Source of the DNA: Octopus vulgaris
Lineage: Eukaryota
Assembly: GCA_951406725.2 (NCBI GenBank)
Contig: OX597817.1
Coordinates: 4,402,001 to 4,466,000, forward strand
Reading direction: 5' to 3'
DNA length: 64,000 nt
The notes below the pieces were generated by a model that saw nothing but the letters and a program-made list of their open reading frames with translations, did not search any database and was not told the DNA's origin. Positions 12,251-26,736 of the stretch are shown here, one piece after another. The position numbers were made by a program, and so were the translations under genes. Each line of letters starts with the position of its first letter. Within the stretch, counting starts at the first letter, position 1.

Positions 12251-15200
12251 TCAGGTGCACTGTACACGATACTATTTTAGCTCAACCCCAGGAATTTGGT
12301 GGAGGGATAATTGATTGCATTAACTTCAGTTCTTGACTGGTCCATATTCTATTGACCCCAAACAGATGAAAGACTGAGTGGAATTAGATACAATGATTTA
12401 ACTCGGGTCGTAAAGAACCGGAAAAAAATACTATAGAACTTTTTCCCACGCTTTACCTGCTCAAGACGTTCTTAATCGATACCACAAACCACAATACTTT
12501 ATCGACCACTTAAAGGTGAAAGGCAAGATTTGAAATGAAATTGCGACGATATACACGAAAGCGTTTTACTCGACTTTCCATAATTGATTTTAGCAACTAA
12601 CTGAGAATCATAAAAGAAGGAAGGACACACCTGCATGGGAAAAAGTGTCACAACCGTGAAGTTTCGGTACTGATAGTACAATGCAATCAATTCCTTGGAT
12701 TTCATTCATTAATATATCGTTATTTTTAATATAGTATAAGTTATATATAGTTCGCGTGCGTGTGTGTGTATGACAGTGAGTAAGAGAGAGAGAGAGAGAG
12801 AGAGGCAGACAGAGAGAAAGAAAAGAAAAAGCAATGTTCATGGAAGAAATTAGACACATACGTGGCTAAGAATTTAAAAATCATGTTCATGAATGAGAGA
12901 AATGTGAGAATATAATGTACAATTATATTACCTGAAGCGTGTGAGATATTTATCATGTAAAATAGATAGCAAGTGAAAAGGAACAGAATTCAGTAAGCGA
13001 AACAATTAATCCGGCACAGCTGCTTCAAGATCCAACAGCTTTTGTCAGATTTTAAATATACAAGCTAAAATTGTTTCGACGGTTTAGAATGAGATAAGTA
13101 GTACTTGATGACATATGTACTACTTCATCAGTATTCATATCTTAAATACTGACCACTGACATTTTAACGATGTCAAAAATTATGGGATAACCAAGTGATC
13201 GTATTCCTCTGCTCTTGTCTCTCTTAGAAATCAAATATACTACAGTTATTGGTATGTACTTCCATACGGCGAATTACATATCCGAAATAACAAAAGAATG
13301 CCTATACTGATAAAGACGAGTCCTTATCATTATAAGCATTCGGTTAATCGGATACATGTCTTTAGGTTAGAATTTTTGTCTAGGTGTAATTTAGTACAGC
13401 GACAGTAATTTCTCCTTATATTTAACACCAAACAAGCAAATTTTACATTCCATACAGTTAGGGACAAAATTAACTGTATGCCATGGTGGATTATAATTGT
13501 ATTTTCTAATGAAACAAGCAAAAGTTTTACATGTCACTTTGTTAAGCTTACTCAAATTCCTATAAATGGCTTTTTAGCATTAGCAATTTGTTGAAACGTT
13601 AAAAGAGACTCATTTAAGGGACTATTTACCGATGGTCTTTCTCTTACAGTATGTAGGTTATTGCGTTACATCAGTTTCCGTTTCCTGTTTTTACAGTTTG
13701 GAATAGTTGGAATAGATTGATACAGTATTTTCTCTAAGAATTTATTGCTCCAGACAGCTAAACTGTAATCATGTAAGGCGCTTGTATGCCTCGTTTTACC
13801 AGAAAATAACGATGATTCACATTTGCTGATGTTATGAATTAGCTTATCTGAAATGCTACGTAGGTGGATAGAACTCATATAAAACCATATTTCATTCGGA
13901 TATTGGTAGGAGAAAATTTCGCTTTCAATTCTATGTAATGTTTTAAAATTTATGTATAGTATCTATTGCAATATGGAAGCCTATTTAAAAGTGAATATCT
14001 TTACCAAATCTTTACTGTCTAGGATATATTTACTTTATAGTTTGTACTAGTACTATTCCAGTGTCTTATAATTTCCTCTTACTGCAGGAAGTTCTTCTGC
14101 TAAATAGTACTGGAAATAAAACCATGTTATTTCGCCCGAGTGAACTCCAAAATTCTTTCACCATGGCAGAATTTAAAATTCAACTCACCGTCTTTTTTCC
14201 CTTCTTTTCTTCGTTCGAAGCAGTTGTTAAGACTGGAACAATGTGGCATTCCTTTCATGATTATACGAAGGACGTATTCTTTAATCCGTATGACTGAACT
14301 TGCGAAGGTCAATGTAATGATTACAATGACTCAGTAATAGAAAGATGCGGTTTATAACATGTCTGAGTGTTATATAATTCAAGTAATATCGTAGCATTTA
14401 GCCATTGAAAAGTGTTGTTCTGTAGGCACGACTATGTTTAAAGTTATTCTTTTTAATTAATCATCCTTCGTATATTCTTAATAGATTTTTATGTTTAGTT
14501 TGGATCAATAATGCTTTTAGGTTGCTCGATGTTTGCAAACATTCTTGTTTCAAATTCTGTGCGAAGTTTGGTAAGCGGAGTTTTTCGTTCCTGAAATTTT
14601 ATAGTGCGTAGCAAGGATCAAGGGAATGGTGTTGCTTTTCACAAAAAGTTTGACTGTGACGTTTCAAATGTCAACCATTAATACCAGGTAAGTATCCCTG
14701 GCTTATCACTACTATTCTGAATCCGTGTTTAATTATCAACCTGTAATTTGCAATTAGTATACTTTGATCGTTAATGTACTATATTATTCTTTTCTTTAAA
14801 TTCCCAAGTGGTTGTCTGTCTTACTAATTGATGTTCTTTAATGTTTAGTATTTTAATGTTGCAACAGCTCCTTATTCTACAAACATAGCCAGCCTGCGAG
14901 AGAGTTGTTATATATATAATTTGAGTCACACAGTTTATATCTCTCATGTTTGTAGTGAAATTTGTATATTACATTGATTATGTAGTATACGTTATATAGC
15001 TTACCATTTTGTGACCTCTGGTTAAGAGGAAAGTTTTAAAATTTGGTGGTATTTTTTACAATCTATTTTATTAGTGAATAATTATTAGAGTCAGCCTTAT
15101 TATCATAATAGCATTAAACAGACCCAAACTTTACACGCAGATACAGCAATGAAGTAATAACATTTAGTGATTGCTGAAATTAACTTGGAGTTAAAGATTA

Positions 15201-15364
15201 AAATGGTAATTTCTGCAACGATAATTTTATAGGGAGGAACATAAATTCCGTAAGTAGAAAAATGCGATAATAAAACCTAAATTGAGACAGACAAGTTGTT
15301 TTCATTATAATTTGTTTGAAATAAAATATGCCCTAAAATCTAAGACAAACATAGACGTATAAGT

Positions 15365-15800
15365 GAGTGGGTTGTAAGAATCTTGATTCCCAACTACATA
15401 GTTCTGAATTCAGCCGCACTGTGTGACGCTGCGGGCAGGAGTTTTCTGTTATAGTTCTGGACCAACGTTTTGTGAATGATTTTGGTTGGAGGAAACTGAA
15501 AGAAGCTTGTCGTATGTCGTATGTGCATGCTTACGCGCACACACACGTGTGTGTATATATGTGTGTGTGCATGTGTATAGATGTGTGTTTGTTGGAGGTG
15601 TGTGTTTTTATATGTATGTGTCTCTCTGCGTTTGTTTTTGTGCTTCACTACGTTTGACAAATGGCGTTGGTTCGTTTACGTCCTCGTACCTTAAAGATTC
15701 GTCAAAAAGAGACCGATAGAATAAGTACTGGGGACAATTTGCTCGACTAAATCTTTCAAGCATGACCACAGTCCTATGAATGAAACAAGTAAAAGAGAAA
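15365..15800 (+). mobile_element. SINE family C (CORE-like), diverged
   Basis: GGAAACTGAAAGAAGC, internal TG repeat, CAAAAAGAGACCGATAGAATAAGTACTGG, tail GAAACAAGTAAAAGAG. Confidence 0.8.
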
Positions 15801-17240
15801 AGCTATCAAACTCATATATTATGCTTGAGAACTTTTCACAGACCGTCGTGTTTAGTAGCGTTGTATAGGATTCGAAGGGTCAGCGTGGCCAAATAACGGA
15901 GAGTTTTACTTCGGATCCACGAAGTCTTGGTTTTGTTTTCACTGCGTGGCATCTTGGACAATTGTCATGTTCAACAAATTCAGGTCAACTCAGCTCTTTG
16001 GAGATAAGATCCGTAGACAGAAACTACAGTAAGTAGATTCAAATAGCATTATGTTTTCGCAATTTTCTCCCTAATTATGCTTGGGAACTACGTTAAGGTT
16101 ACAGACGTATCTAAGAAAATGTTCAATCCCTTGTAAGTTAATTTAGGAGCAGAGAATACAGTAGATTGTAGAATTTAATCCTCATTGTCGAAGGACGGAG
16201 ATCCGTCATAAAACTTGAACTTACAATGCCTTAAATGCGCAACAGTTACACAATAAAGAAACCTGCTCCATAGTAGCATCAGCAGCACTCCATCAGATCA
16301 TCCTCAATCTCCTCATCAGTAATAATATTGCCGCCGGCTTAAAACATTCTGCCTATTAAACTCTTCATCCTGTTAATTTTCAGCAAAAATTGAAATAAAC
16401 AAGTCTGAATATAGAATAGGAGATATTTTTGACAAATCCGACCAAAGACGTTTATACACAGAACATCAATTTCTACGTTTTGATCTTCATACCTTTAAGC
16501 CTAGCCGAAAGCAGTTTGAAATATCTCAAATCAAGGCTTAATTTTGACGCTATCATCATCATCATCATTTGGATGATGTGTAATATGACCACCATATTAG
16601 CATCATGAAGATTTTAGCAAGGATAATCATAATGAACATTGCATTTATTCATTCCTCGCCTCCTCCTCCGTTATCTCCCTTTCCTCTTTACTAATAATAA
16701 CTATTATAAAATGGCTATAATCATCATTAACACCATCGACATCACACTAATTATTGCTAGCAAGATAATTACCATAGTAACGATAATCAAAGTAGCATTC
16801 TTATCTATTATGAATACTATGCTCCTGAACATCCTCCTCCCACTTCTCATCTTCAATATTACCATCATCGTCATCGTCATCATCTTCATCCTCCTCGGTA
16901 TCTTCATCATCCTCAGCCTCTTCATCATCTTCATCTAGATTGATGGTACTGAAAATGTTAATGAAAGTGACGGTCTTTAATTTCTTCCTTGGATATCAAG
17001 AATGTCCTCCGTTTGGTAAGGTTATGCAATAAACATGTTTTCAAGGTTCCCAAAAAATATGTAATAAATAAATACAATGTTTATAAAATACAAGGCAACA
17101 TCTGACACAAATATGGTGAGCTGAAAATTTTCGCTTGCCTGCGATTATCAAAGCAATTGTTAGTCAAGCCGTTAATCCAATGGTACTCGAAATCCGACAA
17201 GACAAACCAAAATCAAAATAAATGCAAAAGCAAAAGTAGA

Positions 17241-17487
<247 letters not shown>

Positions 17488-18037
17488 ATGTATGTATATA
17501 AGACATTAATATAAACAGTAGATTACAATGTTTCGGCAAAAGAGAGAATTATAATTGTCACTAAATGTGAATAGGGTCTTAAGAAACACCTTAAGGAGCA
17601 CGAGCTAAAATGCTTTAATGATGTAGTTAACGTACATGGATGAAAACATATACACTAACAGAAAACTGAAATGTTCGAAAGATGCCGATTAAAAATTTCT
17701 AATACCGACGTCAGTTTCTGCAATTTCCGTTGCCTCATAGGTTAAGCTTGCTCGAATTCGGCTTCCTTTGACTTGCTTCTCTATTAGTATATATGTTTCG
17801 CCAGCTAAATTAATGGATACTCTTGTGATTTGCTAAGGGGTGTACACAAAATTAGACGCTTCAGGTCCCTGTCAGTGTATATATTTTCACTCATGTGCGC
17901 TAACCATAGCATTAGAGCATTTTAGCCCGTAGCAATGTAGGTGTTTCTTAACATCCTAGTCACAGTTAGTGACAATTATATATATATAAATACATTTATA
18001 TATAAGTGTGGATGTTCATCGTATGTATATGTATGTC

Positions 18038-18094
<57 letters not shown>

Positions 18095-18290
18095 ATATCT
18101 ATCTATCTATTTACAGGCCAAAAGTGACCTGATACTAAATAAAAATAACATATGTAATTCTGTATTGACTCGAATGGAAAAATGTGTCACTGAAGAACTT
18201 GCTTGAACTATTTTCATGATGTTTCATTTTTTAGATGCTTTAATTAAGTTAATTTAGTTGTTAACATAATTAAATTTTTGAATTAAATGG

Positions 18291-18321
<31 letters not shown>

Positions 18322-18552
18322 GCGTGTGTGTATATATATGTATGCATATATATGTATATGTATATGTATGTATATATATATATGTATGCATATATATGTA
18401 TATATATATATATATGTATGTATATATATATATATGTATGCATATATATGTATATATGCATGTGTGCAAATAGAAATACGCCAAGTTAACCAAACAATCG
18501 AAAAAGGAGTGAAATTGAAACTGTACGTTAATAATATTGGCATAATGCCCTA

Positions 18553-18660
<108 letters not shown>

Positions 18661-18714
18661 CGGAGATGTACTCGCATAGCAAGTGATTTGATCTGAGATC
18701 GTGTGCTGGAACGA

Positions 18715-18800
18715 AAACAATTGCAGCGTGGAAGGTGTTTGTAAGCCATTTAAGAAACACACAAAAGCCGTTCGATTCACTTCAACATTTAAGTTTTTGT
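18715..18800 (-). mobile_element. Penelope pLTR-like fragment (family A)
   Basis: AATTGCAGCGTGGAAGGTGTTTGTAAGCCATTTAAGAAACACACAAAAGCCGTTCGATTCACTTCAACATTTAAG is nearly the exact reverse complement of 3510-3586. Confidence 0.75.
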
Positions 18801-18813
18801 ACATATATACATA

Positions 18814-18896
<83 letters not shown>

Positions 18897-18900
<4 letters not shown>

Positions 18901-19040
18901 ATTGAACAGGGACAAGTCTTTCATGCCAGCTCGATAAACTCAATGTACCATTATATGTATATGTGTGTGTGTGTGTGTTTGTAAGTGTGTGCGTATGTGC
19001 GTGTATACATATATATGTAATATATGAATACACACACACA

Positions 19041-19110
<70 letters not shown>
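18897..19110 (+). repeat. Direct repeat, copy 2
   Basis: Matches 17241-17430 at an offset of 1656 bp. Confidence 0.9.
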
Positions 19111-19131
<21 letters not shown>

Positions 19132-19639
19132 TTATATATATATAAATGGAGTTAAACGCAGGTGTTATTCAAATTCTTTTACGTTCGGCACATATTTCGA
19201 AGATATCACTGGTATTATTCCAAAGGTATAAAATGGTGTAAAACAATGTAATCTTCCCTTCAAGGAAATGAAGAAATGAAACTCGTGAATAAGACATTTT
19301 AGCAGAATATGATGGATATGTATAGTCATTAACTGAACGCTATTAAGTTTGTTTTTATGAAAACGTTAGAGGATATAACGTCAAAGGTAGCCTATAGAAA
19401 ATGGAGGGGTAAAGGAAAGAAAAAAACCCCAAATAAATGATTAGTAAATAACGATATGTAAATTAAGTAAAACCCAATAGTCTTGGAAAATGATGTATCC
19501 AGTGAATGCGAAATGTAAGAGGAAAATTAATGTTTGAATTATATATAATGATAGATATTACTTATATGAACTAAAGGTGTGTTTCTGCCAATGTTTACAT
19601 CGTTATGTACACTCTATAACTGTGTTTACAAGGTGCAGC

Positions 19640-20500
19640 TTCGCCAGGTAGACTTGTCTTGTGCTTGCTTTCCCAAGGGTTGGGGTTGATTTCAAAGCTC
19701 TTCAGAGAGACTTGGTGTATATTCTTGAAATGCTTTTATTGTTCACCTGACATGTTCCATCCTCAGCATTGTGTAAATGATTGGCAGATCAGATCGAGTG
19801 AGGACCTTCGGGTCTTGGACTTTGTCTTGCCAGGTGATTTTCAGTAGTTTACTCCGACAGTTCATCTGGAAGCGTTCTAGTATTTTGCCGTGCCGTTCGT
19901 AAACCATCTAAGTCTCCCTAGCGTATTGTAGCTTAGGCAGTAGAACTGTTTTGCACACCTTCAACTTGGTGACCAGCCTAATGCTTCTTCTCTCTCACAC
20001 TGATTTACGTAGCCGTCCAAATTCTGAGCGTCCTTTATCGATATCATTTGTCGATTTCATTTTCAACGTTCATAGATCTAGAAAGTGAGCTGCCCGAAGC
20101 ACGTGAACTTCTCAAAACCTCCAGGGTTTCCCCTTCCAGTGATAGTTGCTACCACATACAGCTTCTGCGGGCAGGTGCGTGCATGACTTCTGCCTTCTGC
20201 ATACTGATTGTGAGGCCAAAATTGATGAATGCAGTTGGAAAACAGTTGAGGTTTTGCCACACTATGGGTTTTCTGGTGATGTTTAGTGTGCAATCGTCTG
20301 CGAAAAGATAGTCGCCCACTGATTTCTCATACACCTTGGTCTTGCCCTGCAGCTTCTACAATCAGTCGTGCATCTGATATTGACGATCATTTCGTCGTCG
20401 TCTTTGAGAAAGCGTCCGACGGCATAGATGAAAACATCATGTTGACAGTGTAGATACGAGTACTAGCCTTGCTTCACATCGTTAGTGATTGTATTTGTTT
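19640..20500 (-). mobile_element. RTE (BovB-like) LINE fragment, RT C-terminal half, decayed
   Basis: Minus-strand motifs VKQG, YLFADDCTL, FGLTISMQKAEVM, FGRLRKSV and TKLKVCKTVLLP. Confidence 0.85.
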
Positions 20501-20518
20501 CAATATTCTATTTGTTTA

Positions 20519-20738
20519 AGGCAGTGAGCTGGTAGAAACGTTAGCACGCCGGGCTAAATGCTTAGCAGCATTTCGTCTGTCTTTACGTTCGGAGTTCAAA
20601 TTCCGCCGAGGTCGACTTTGCTTTTCATCGTTTCGAGGTCGATAAATCAAGTACCGGTTGTATACTGGTTCGATATAATGGACTATCCCCTCCAACCCGC
20701 CCCAATTTCGGGCGTTGTGCCTATAGAAGAAAAGAATA
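20519..20738 (+). mobile_element. tRNA-derived SINE family B (Nin/Deu-like core)
   Basis: B-box GAGTTCAAATTCC. Core GAGGTCGACTTTGC(C/T)TTTCATC...GGTCGATAAA..AAGTACC. Many copies in the window. Confidence 0.85.
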
Positions 20739-21365
20739 TTCTATTTGTCTCACTGACGTTGTTGGTGGTGTCGCTAGTATTTGTAGTGTTGTGAGGTAAT
20801 GGGTTGGTAGTCGTGTTACCTTAATATCTCATTTCATTTGAATTGTCTTTTGTTTCTGTCGTCTCACTGCCGTTGTTATTAATACATTCTTTGTTCAGTG
20901 CAGCAGGTAGTAGTGGGAAATTATATCATAATTGCTTTTGGAACAGATATCTGCCACTTCGGTTTGAGGAATCATAATTTTTTTGTTAATGTAACTTCAT
21001 TTTGCAAGATTTCGAAATTTACCCCGAGGGCACAAACATTTCAATAAGTCAGATAGCCTCCGAGGCTGGTAGTTGGTTTAAGAGCAAATTGATACTACAG
21101 AAACCAAAATAACTTTGTTCAAAACACCCAAGTTTGATAATTTATGAGCTCCAAATTGACATCGTTTACTTGTAAAAACGACGACGAAGACAACAACGGC
21201 AACACCAACAAATGCAACAACAAAAATAAAGAATTTTGGCACAAAGCCAGCAATTTCGAGTGAGGGACTAAATCGATTATGTCTACTCCTGTGCTCAACG
21301 GATACGTCTTTTATCAACCCCGAAAGGATGAGAGGCAAAGTCAATCTCGCTGGAATAATAATAGT

Positions 21366-21367
<2 letters not shown>

Positions 21368-21455
<88 letters not shown>
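21368..21455. repeat. (TAA)n microsatellite
   Basis: Direct read. A second tract lies at 21625-21698. Confidence 0.95.
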
Positions 21456-21457
<2 letters not shown>

Positions 21458-21624
21458 CCTATCAATGTAAATGTTTGTGTTTGCATTACATGGAGATATA
21501 TCTCTACTTCCCCTCCCCAAGCTTTCAGCTATATTTCAACAACTCTTAACCTTCACTTGCCCTAGGGCGCTGGGTGTGCCCCGGCAAGTGATTGCATCAA
21601 ACATGCAGATTAAAAGTAAATGAC
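21456..21624 (+). mobile_element. Extremely 5'-truncated R4/Dong LINE (last codons + 3' UTR) within (TAA)n
   Basis: Starts ACC CTA TCA ATG TAA (TLSM*, compare RRALSM* at 48551). Contains the GCCCTAGG...CGGC hairpin of the other copies. (TAA)n on both sides. Confidence 0.65.
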
Positions 21625-21634
21625 AATAATAATG

Positions 21635-21702
<68 letters not shown>

Positions 21703-22038
21703 GTGGGGAAAAAGAAGAAGAAAAGACAAATATTTTGCAGAAATTGAATTTCGTTCCGTATATTTTGACTTGTAATCACGCTTCGGTTTCTTTTACCCTT
21801 TCAACTCTAACATCTACAGAAGATTAATTAAGAACAATCATAGACAGGGTGTGATTCAAGAAAGTAAACTATGATTCCAAAACATTTACTTATTGCACAG
21901 ATAAAAAGCAATTCTCTGCACCTCATTCAAGGCAGTTTAATTTGTATCAATGCCACATTTGTCTCTAATATTCCACTATAAAAAGTATGATTGTTTTAGC
22001 TGTTATCATCATACATCAAAGAAGTTCTAGGTTTGACT

Positions 22039-22424
22039 GTGGAGGCGCAATGGCCCAGTGGTTAGGGCAGCGGACTCGGCGGTCGTAGGATCGCGGTTTC
22101 GATTTCCAGACCGGGCATTGTGAGTATTTATTGAGCGAAAACACCTAAAGCTTCACGAGGCTCCTGCAGGGGGTGGTGGTGAACCCTGCTGTACTCTTTC
22201 ACCACAACTTTCTCTCACTTTTTCTTCCTGTTTCTGTTGTACCTGTATTTCAAAGGGCCAGCCTTGTCATACTCTGTGTCACGCTGAATCTCCTCGAGAA
22301 CTACGTTAAGGGTGCACGTGTCTGTGGAGTGCTCAGCCACATGCACGTTAATTCCACGAGCAAGCTGTTCCGTTGATCGTATCAGCTGGGACTCTCATCG
22401 TCGCAACCGACGGAGTGTTCCCTC
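22039..22424 (+). mobile_element. Full-length tRNA-derived SINE family A
   Basis: A-box TGGCCCAGTGG and B-box GGTTTCGATTTCC. Perfect 13-bp TSD TCTAGGTTTGACT (22026-22038, 22425-22437). Confidence 0.92.
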
Positions 22425-22518
22425 TCTAGGTTTGACTATCCTATCATTTAATAAGAAAATCTGTATCGAAGACTTTATTGGCCATTGTGTCCTCCATTTT
22501 CATAAATCCATAGACTGC

Positions 22519-22790
22519 ATTTAGAAGATATCTCGCTCCTATGTCTAGCAAGTCGATCGACTGGCTAAAAATACATCTAAAAGTAAATCTCTCGTTGGTT
22601 ACTACATATCGTATGAGTATAGTCACACTGACATGTGTGCGGAATTTGAGACAATTTAGAAGATATCTCGCTCCTATGTCTAGCAAGTCGATCGACTGGC
22701 TAAAAATACATCTAAAAGTAAATCTCTCGTTGGTTACTACATATCGTATGAGTATAGTCACACTGACATGTGTGCGGAATTTGAGACAAT
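22519..22790. repeat. Perfect 135-bp tandem duplication
   Basis: Units start at 22519 and 22654. The 45-aa repeat is visible in ORFs 22541-22891 and 22444-22878. Confidence 0.95.
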
Positions 22791-23125
22791 GCCGACGAGT
22801 CGTGGTTGCTGTAGTTACTACTGAAGTTGCTGCTGGAATTTTTGTGGCTGCATTTTTTACAAAAGCATTTTTTGTCATGTGTAGATTCTAATACTGAAGT
22901 AGATTTATGTGGTAGTTGCTGCAACTGCTGATGCCGCTGTTGCACTACATCTTGTTTTGCAGTTTCCTCTTTCGTTTCTGCTCTCATGGCTGATTTCAAT
23001 ATACCCGTTAATCTTTTCTTTTAAACAAACACGTAGTTATAAAACCCAAATAGCAAAACACACACACACACACACACACATGCACACACATCTTCGCACT
23101 CAGAAGCATATGCACAAATGCGCGC

Positions 23126-23174
<49 letters not shown>

Positions 23175-23321
23175 TACGTATGCTTATATACAAATACACA
23201 AATACACATACAAATGCACATTCATACACATACACAGACACACACACACACACATATATATATACATGCACCCGCACATATACGTTTATGTACAAACACA
23301 TATATATATTTATATGTATAT

Positions 23322-23367
<46 letters not shown>

Positions 23368-23940
23368 GTATACACACACATATAAAGATGTGTTTGCGCG
23401 CGTAGACGTATACGTTATCGAACATACGTATATATTTATAGGCACATGCAAAACATGTTTGATAATCAATTTATTCATCTTTTGATTTTGAATTCAAACT
23501 TTTTTCTCTCTCGTAATCTCAATAGCTCGCTGCATTTAATCCATGCCTTTACAGAAAGTAAAGAAACTAAGATTTTCAACAGAAACTTTATTTGATAACA
23601 GAATTTCGTCGTAATTCTTAATCTCTTCAAAGATCCAAGGACTGAAGCCATTCAAAAGTTTATTTCCTTCGTAGCTTGATTCTTTCTTTCTCTGTTTCAT
23701 CTTTAAATTCCCCCCCTTTATGTCACTACCACCCGCGTCAAAATCATCATCATCATCATAGTTGTAACCACCACCACTACCACCACCAGCAGCAATTCTA
23801 CCACCACTACCACTACTCGCACCCTCCTCCGCCTCACGAAATCTTCTTAACTCCTTCCTCTTCTTTTCTTCGCTTATTTTCTTCGTATAATAGTATTAGT
23901 ATTATTGTTATTATTATCATTACTCTCTCTTTACTCGTTT

Positions 23941-24141
23941 ACTCTTTTACTTGTTTCAATCATTTGACTGCGGCCATGCTGGAGCACCGCCTTTAATCGA
24001 GCAACTCAACCCCGGGACTTATTCTTTGTAAGCCCAGTACTTATTCTATCGGTCTCTTTTGCCGAACCGCTAATGACGGGGACATAAACACACCAGCATC
24101 GGTTGTCAAGCAATGCTAGGGGGGACAAACACAGACACACA

Positions 24142-24176
<35 letters not shown>

Positions 24177-24306
24177 GACGGGCTTCTTTCAGTTTCCGTC
24201 TACCAAATCCACTAACAAGGTTTTGGTCGGCCCGAGGCTATAGCAGAAGTCACTTGCCCAAGGTGCCACGCAGTGGGACTGAACCCGGAACCATGTGGTT
24301 GGTAAG
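23941..24306 (-). mobile_element. SINE family C (CORE-like)
   Basis: Near-identical to 51464-51876. Minus strand has GGGTTCAGTCCCACTGCGTGGCACCTTGGGCAAGTG. Confidence 0.9.
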
Positions 24307-24333
24307 ATTATTATTATCATTATTATTATTATT

Positions 24334-24510
24334 GCGGTGAGCTAGCAGAATCATTAGCATCCCGGGAAAAATATTTAATGGCATTTCGTCCTTCTTAACG
24401 TACTGAGTACAAATTCTACCGATGTCAACTTTACCCTTCATCCTGGTGACAATGTAATCGATTTACTCCCTTCTCTGAAATTGTTAGCCTTGTTCCAAAA
24501 TATTAAACCA
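24334..24510 (+). mobile_element. SINE family B, diverged
   Basis: GCGGTGAGCTAGCAGAATCATTAGC...GATGTCAACTTTACCCTTCATCC, with an ATT-repeat tail. Confidence 0.75.
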
Positions 24511-25559
24511 TTATTATTATTATTATTATTGCTATTGTACGTAGTAGAATTGTGGTTGATGATGTTTTCATGTATCGGTATTACATTTTGTTTATTTGAA
24601 AACTTCTTCAAAAGATTTGTTCTGTTTTGTTGCTAATCTGACGAAGGTTCCAAGGAAATCTTCAATTCCGCTTTATCTTGGCTCTTCGAATCGGAATTTG
24701 CTGCATTTTATTTGAATTTAACAATTGATTTAAGACAAAAAAAAACAACAAAAACATGGTTTCGAAATGGAGGGTATGAATGGCTTGTAACAGCCATTGA
24801 GAACTAGTCAAATAAGCATGATGGCTGATACATATAAGCATGCAGCAATATCAGTAACAACAACCTCAAAAGCAGCAGCAACAGCAACAATAATAGTAAC
24901 AATAAGCACGATTTTCAGTCATGGTGTTGTGTAAAGGATCAGTGTTGTTTACGTGTAATAAAATATGAAGCAGATCTTTTTCTGTAGAGTAAAAGTCCAG
25001 GACCTATGATAATTTCCAGGAACTTGCGATCTGACAGTGCCGCTGGGTGGGGTACATTGTCGGTTCAGGACAAAATGCTGCGGGCCTCATGAAGGTATGC
25101 ATCGGGCAAGAAGCATACCCGAAGAGTGCTAGCGCAGGGACTTAAGTCGAAGAGTATTATGTGAAGGACGAGTCCGGGTATCTGACGGCTCCATGGTGCT
25201 GATTGCTCTAACACCCTCCTTTGGTCGAGAAAGGCAAGCAGTTTTCCATTTCACGATAGCTATATTACAAAAAATGTAAAGATGAGTACCACACTTTCCT
25301 CTTCAGGCAAGTACTCATCGACTTTCAAAATTTCCATTTGAAATCGAAGACGAGAGTGGAAAAGTGATTGCATATAACAAAGATGGTCCGAATGAGTGGG
25401 CATACTATAAATTTGAATCGTTAGGAGAGTTACAGTGATACTCTTTTCGATCGCGGTGATCCAGAATCTGTAGAGATAAGCAGTTGCTCCTGTGTGGTAC
25501 TCTCTTCTATTAGAGAATTTTGTTAAGTTTCATTGTTAATTGTTATTAATTTGCTGCCT

Positions 25560-25700
25560 TCAGGCGCAAGAATGGTGGTGTGGGGTTCAGTCCCCTGCTT
25601 GGCACATTGGGCAAGTGTCTTCTACTATAGCCTCGGGGCAACCAAAGTTTTGTGAGTGGATCTGGTAGTCGGAAAATAAATGAAGCCCCTCAGATATATA
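25560..25700 (+). mobile_element. SINE family C, 5' half
   Basis: GGGTTCAGTCCC...TTGGGCAAGTGTCTTCTACTATAGCCTCGGG. Confidence 0.75.
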
Positions 25701-25737
25701 TATATACTCTTTATTTTATCGTTTATTTCTCTCTCTT

Positions 25738-25803
<66 letters not shown>

Positions 25804-26049
25804 CTTTGTTTATTATATCTCACCTCTTCTCCGCATTCAAATATTTCCCTTGTCTTTTTTACTTTCTTCCTTTTATTTCCTTCTCGCCTCACTCTCCCAA
25901 TGTACACACCCTTTCAATTCTCACCCTCATATATCTTTCCCCTTATCAAACTTACACTTTCTTTCACTCTTCTTCTCTTCACCACTAATTTGCATTTTTA
26001 AATGCTTATTTATATTTAACTATCACTCGTCGCTGTCTTCCTCTTCCAG

Positions 26050-26103
26050 TTCTTTCTTCTTCTTCTTCTTCTTCTTCTTCTTCTTCTTCTTCTTCTTCTT
26101 CTT

Positions 26104-26134
<31 letters not shown>

Positions 26135-26166
26135 CTCTACTTCTCTTCACCACCACCACCACCAAA

Positions 26167-26238
<72 letters not shown>

Positions 26239-26240
26239 GC
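26050..26240. repeat. Compound (CTT)n(CTA)n(CCA)n(CTA)n microsatellite
   Basis: Direct read. Confidence 0.95.
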
Positions 26241-26736
26241 TTATTAATCTGTATTTAAATTTTGTCATTCTGTATCAAAACGCGATTAAAAAAAAAGAAT
26301 CCAATATAATGTAATAATAAATATATATTTCTTCGAGGATATTTATCTGTTTAATCATATTTTTAATTATTTGTTTTACCATTTGCACACTGATTTAGTT
26401 GATTCTCATAAAATGAAACTCGTAACAGTGTTTCAAATTCTATTTAGAACTCGTTCAATCGCTTTACTGATAAACTTGATAATTTTTAACATATTTCATA
26501 TATCCAACCTTTTTGTGATGTGTTGTTGTAAGCAATCACAGAACTTTTTTTGGCGGGGCAGGAGGAAATTGTTCTTTCAATCTCCATAATAACGAAAAGC
26601 AAAGTCACCGTGTTGTTTGAACACAGCATAAATAGACGAAGAAAGATACTACATGCTCAGTTATTCTATAAATATATTCAACCAGTTATCATCCACACCA
26701 CTGATGCTTAATAAGAAATATATCATAAGCATTGCA

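Noticed and set aside
14061-14297. Possible exon after a CTCTTACTGCAG acceptor-like site
   Set aside because: No recognisable protein, no convincing donor site and no partner exons.
19178-19275. Minus-strand hammerhead-like motif (TTGAAGG-GAAGAT...ATCTTC-GAAA)
   Set aside because: The core and stem I are too degenerate. Probably a decayed pLTR, so not counted as a ribozyme.
22039-22115. tRNA-like sequence with A and B boxes
   Set aside because: It is the head of a SINE bounded by a 13-bp TSD, not a tRNA gene.
22519-22790. Repeat as a CRISPR-like array or repeat protein
   Set aside because: Only two adjacent units, no spacers, eukaryotic context and no recognisable domain.
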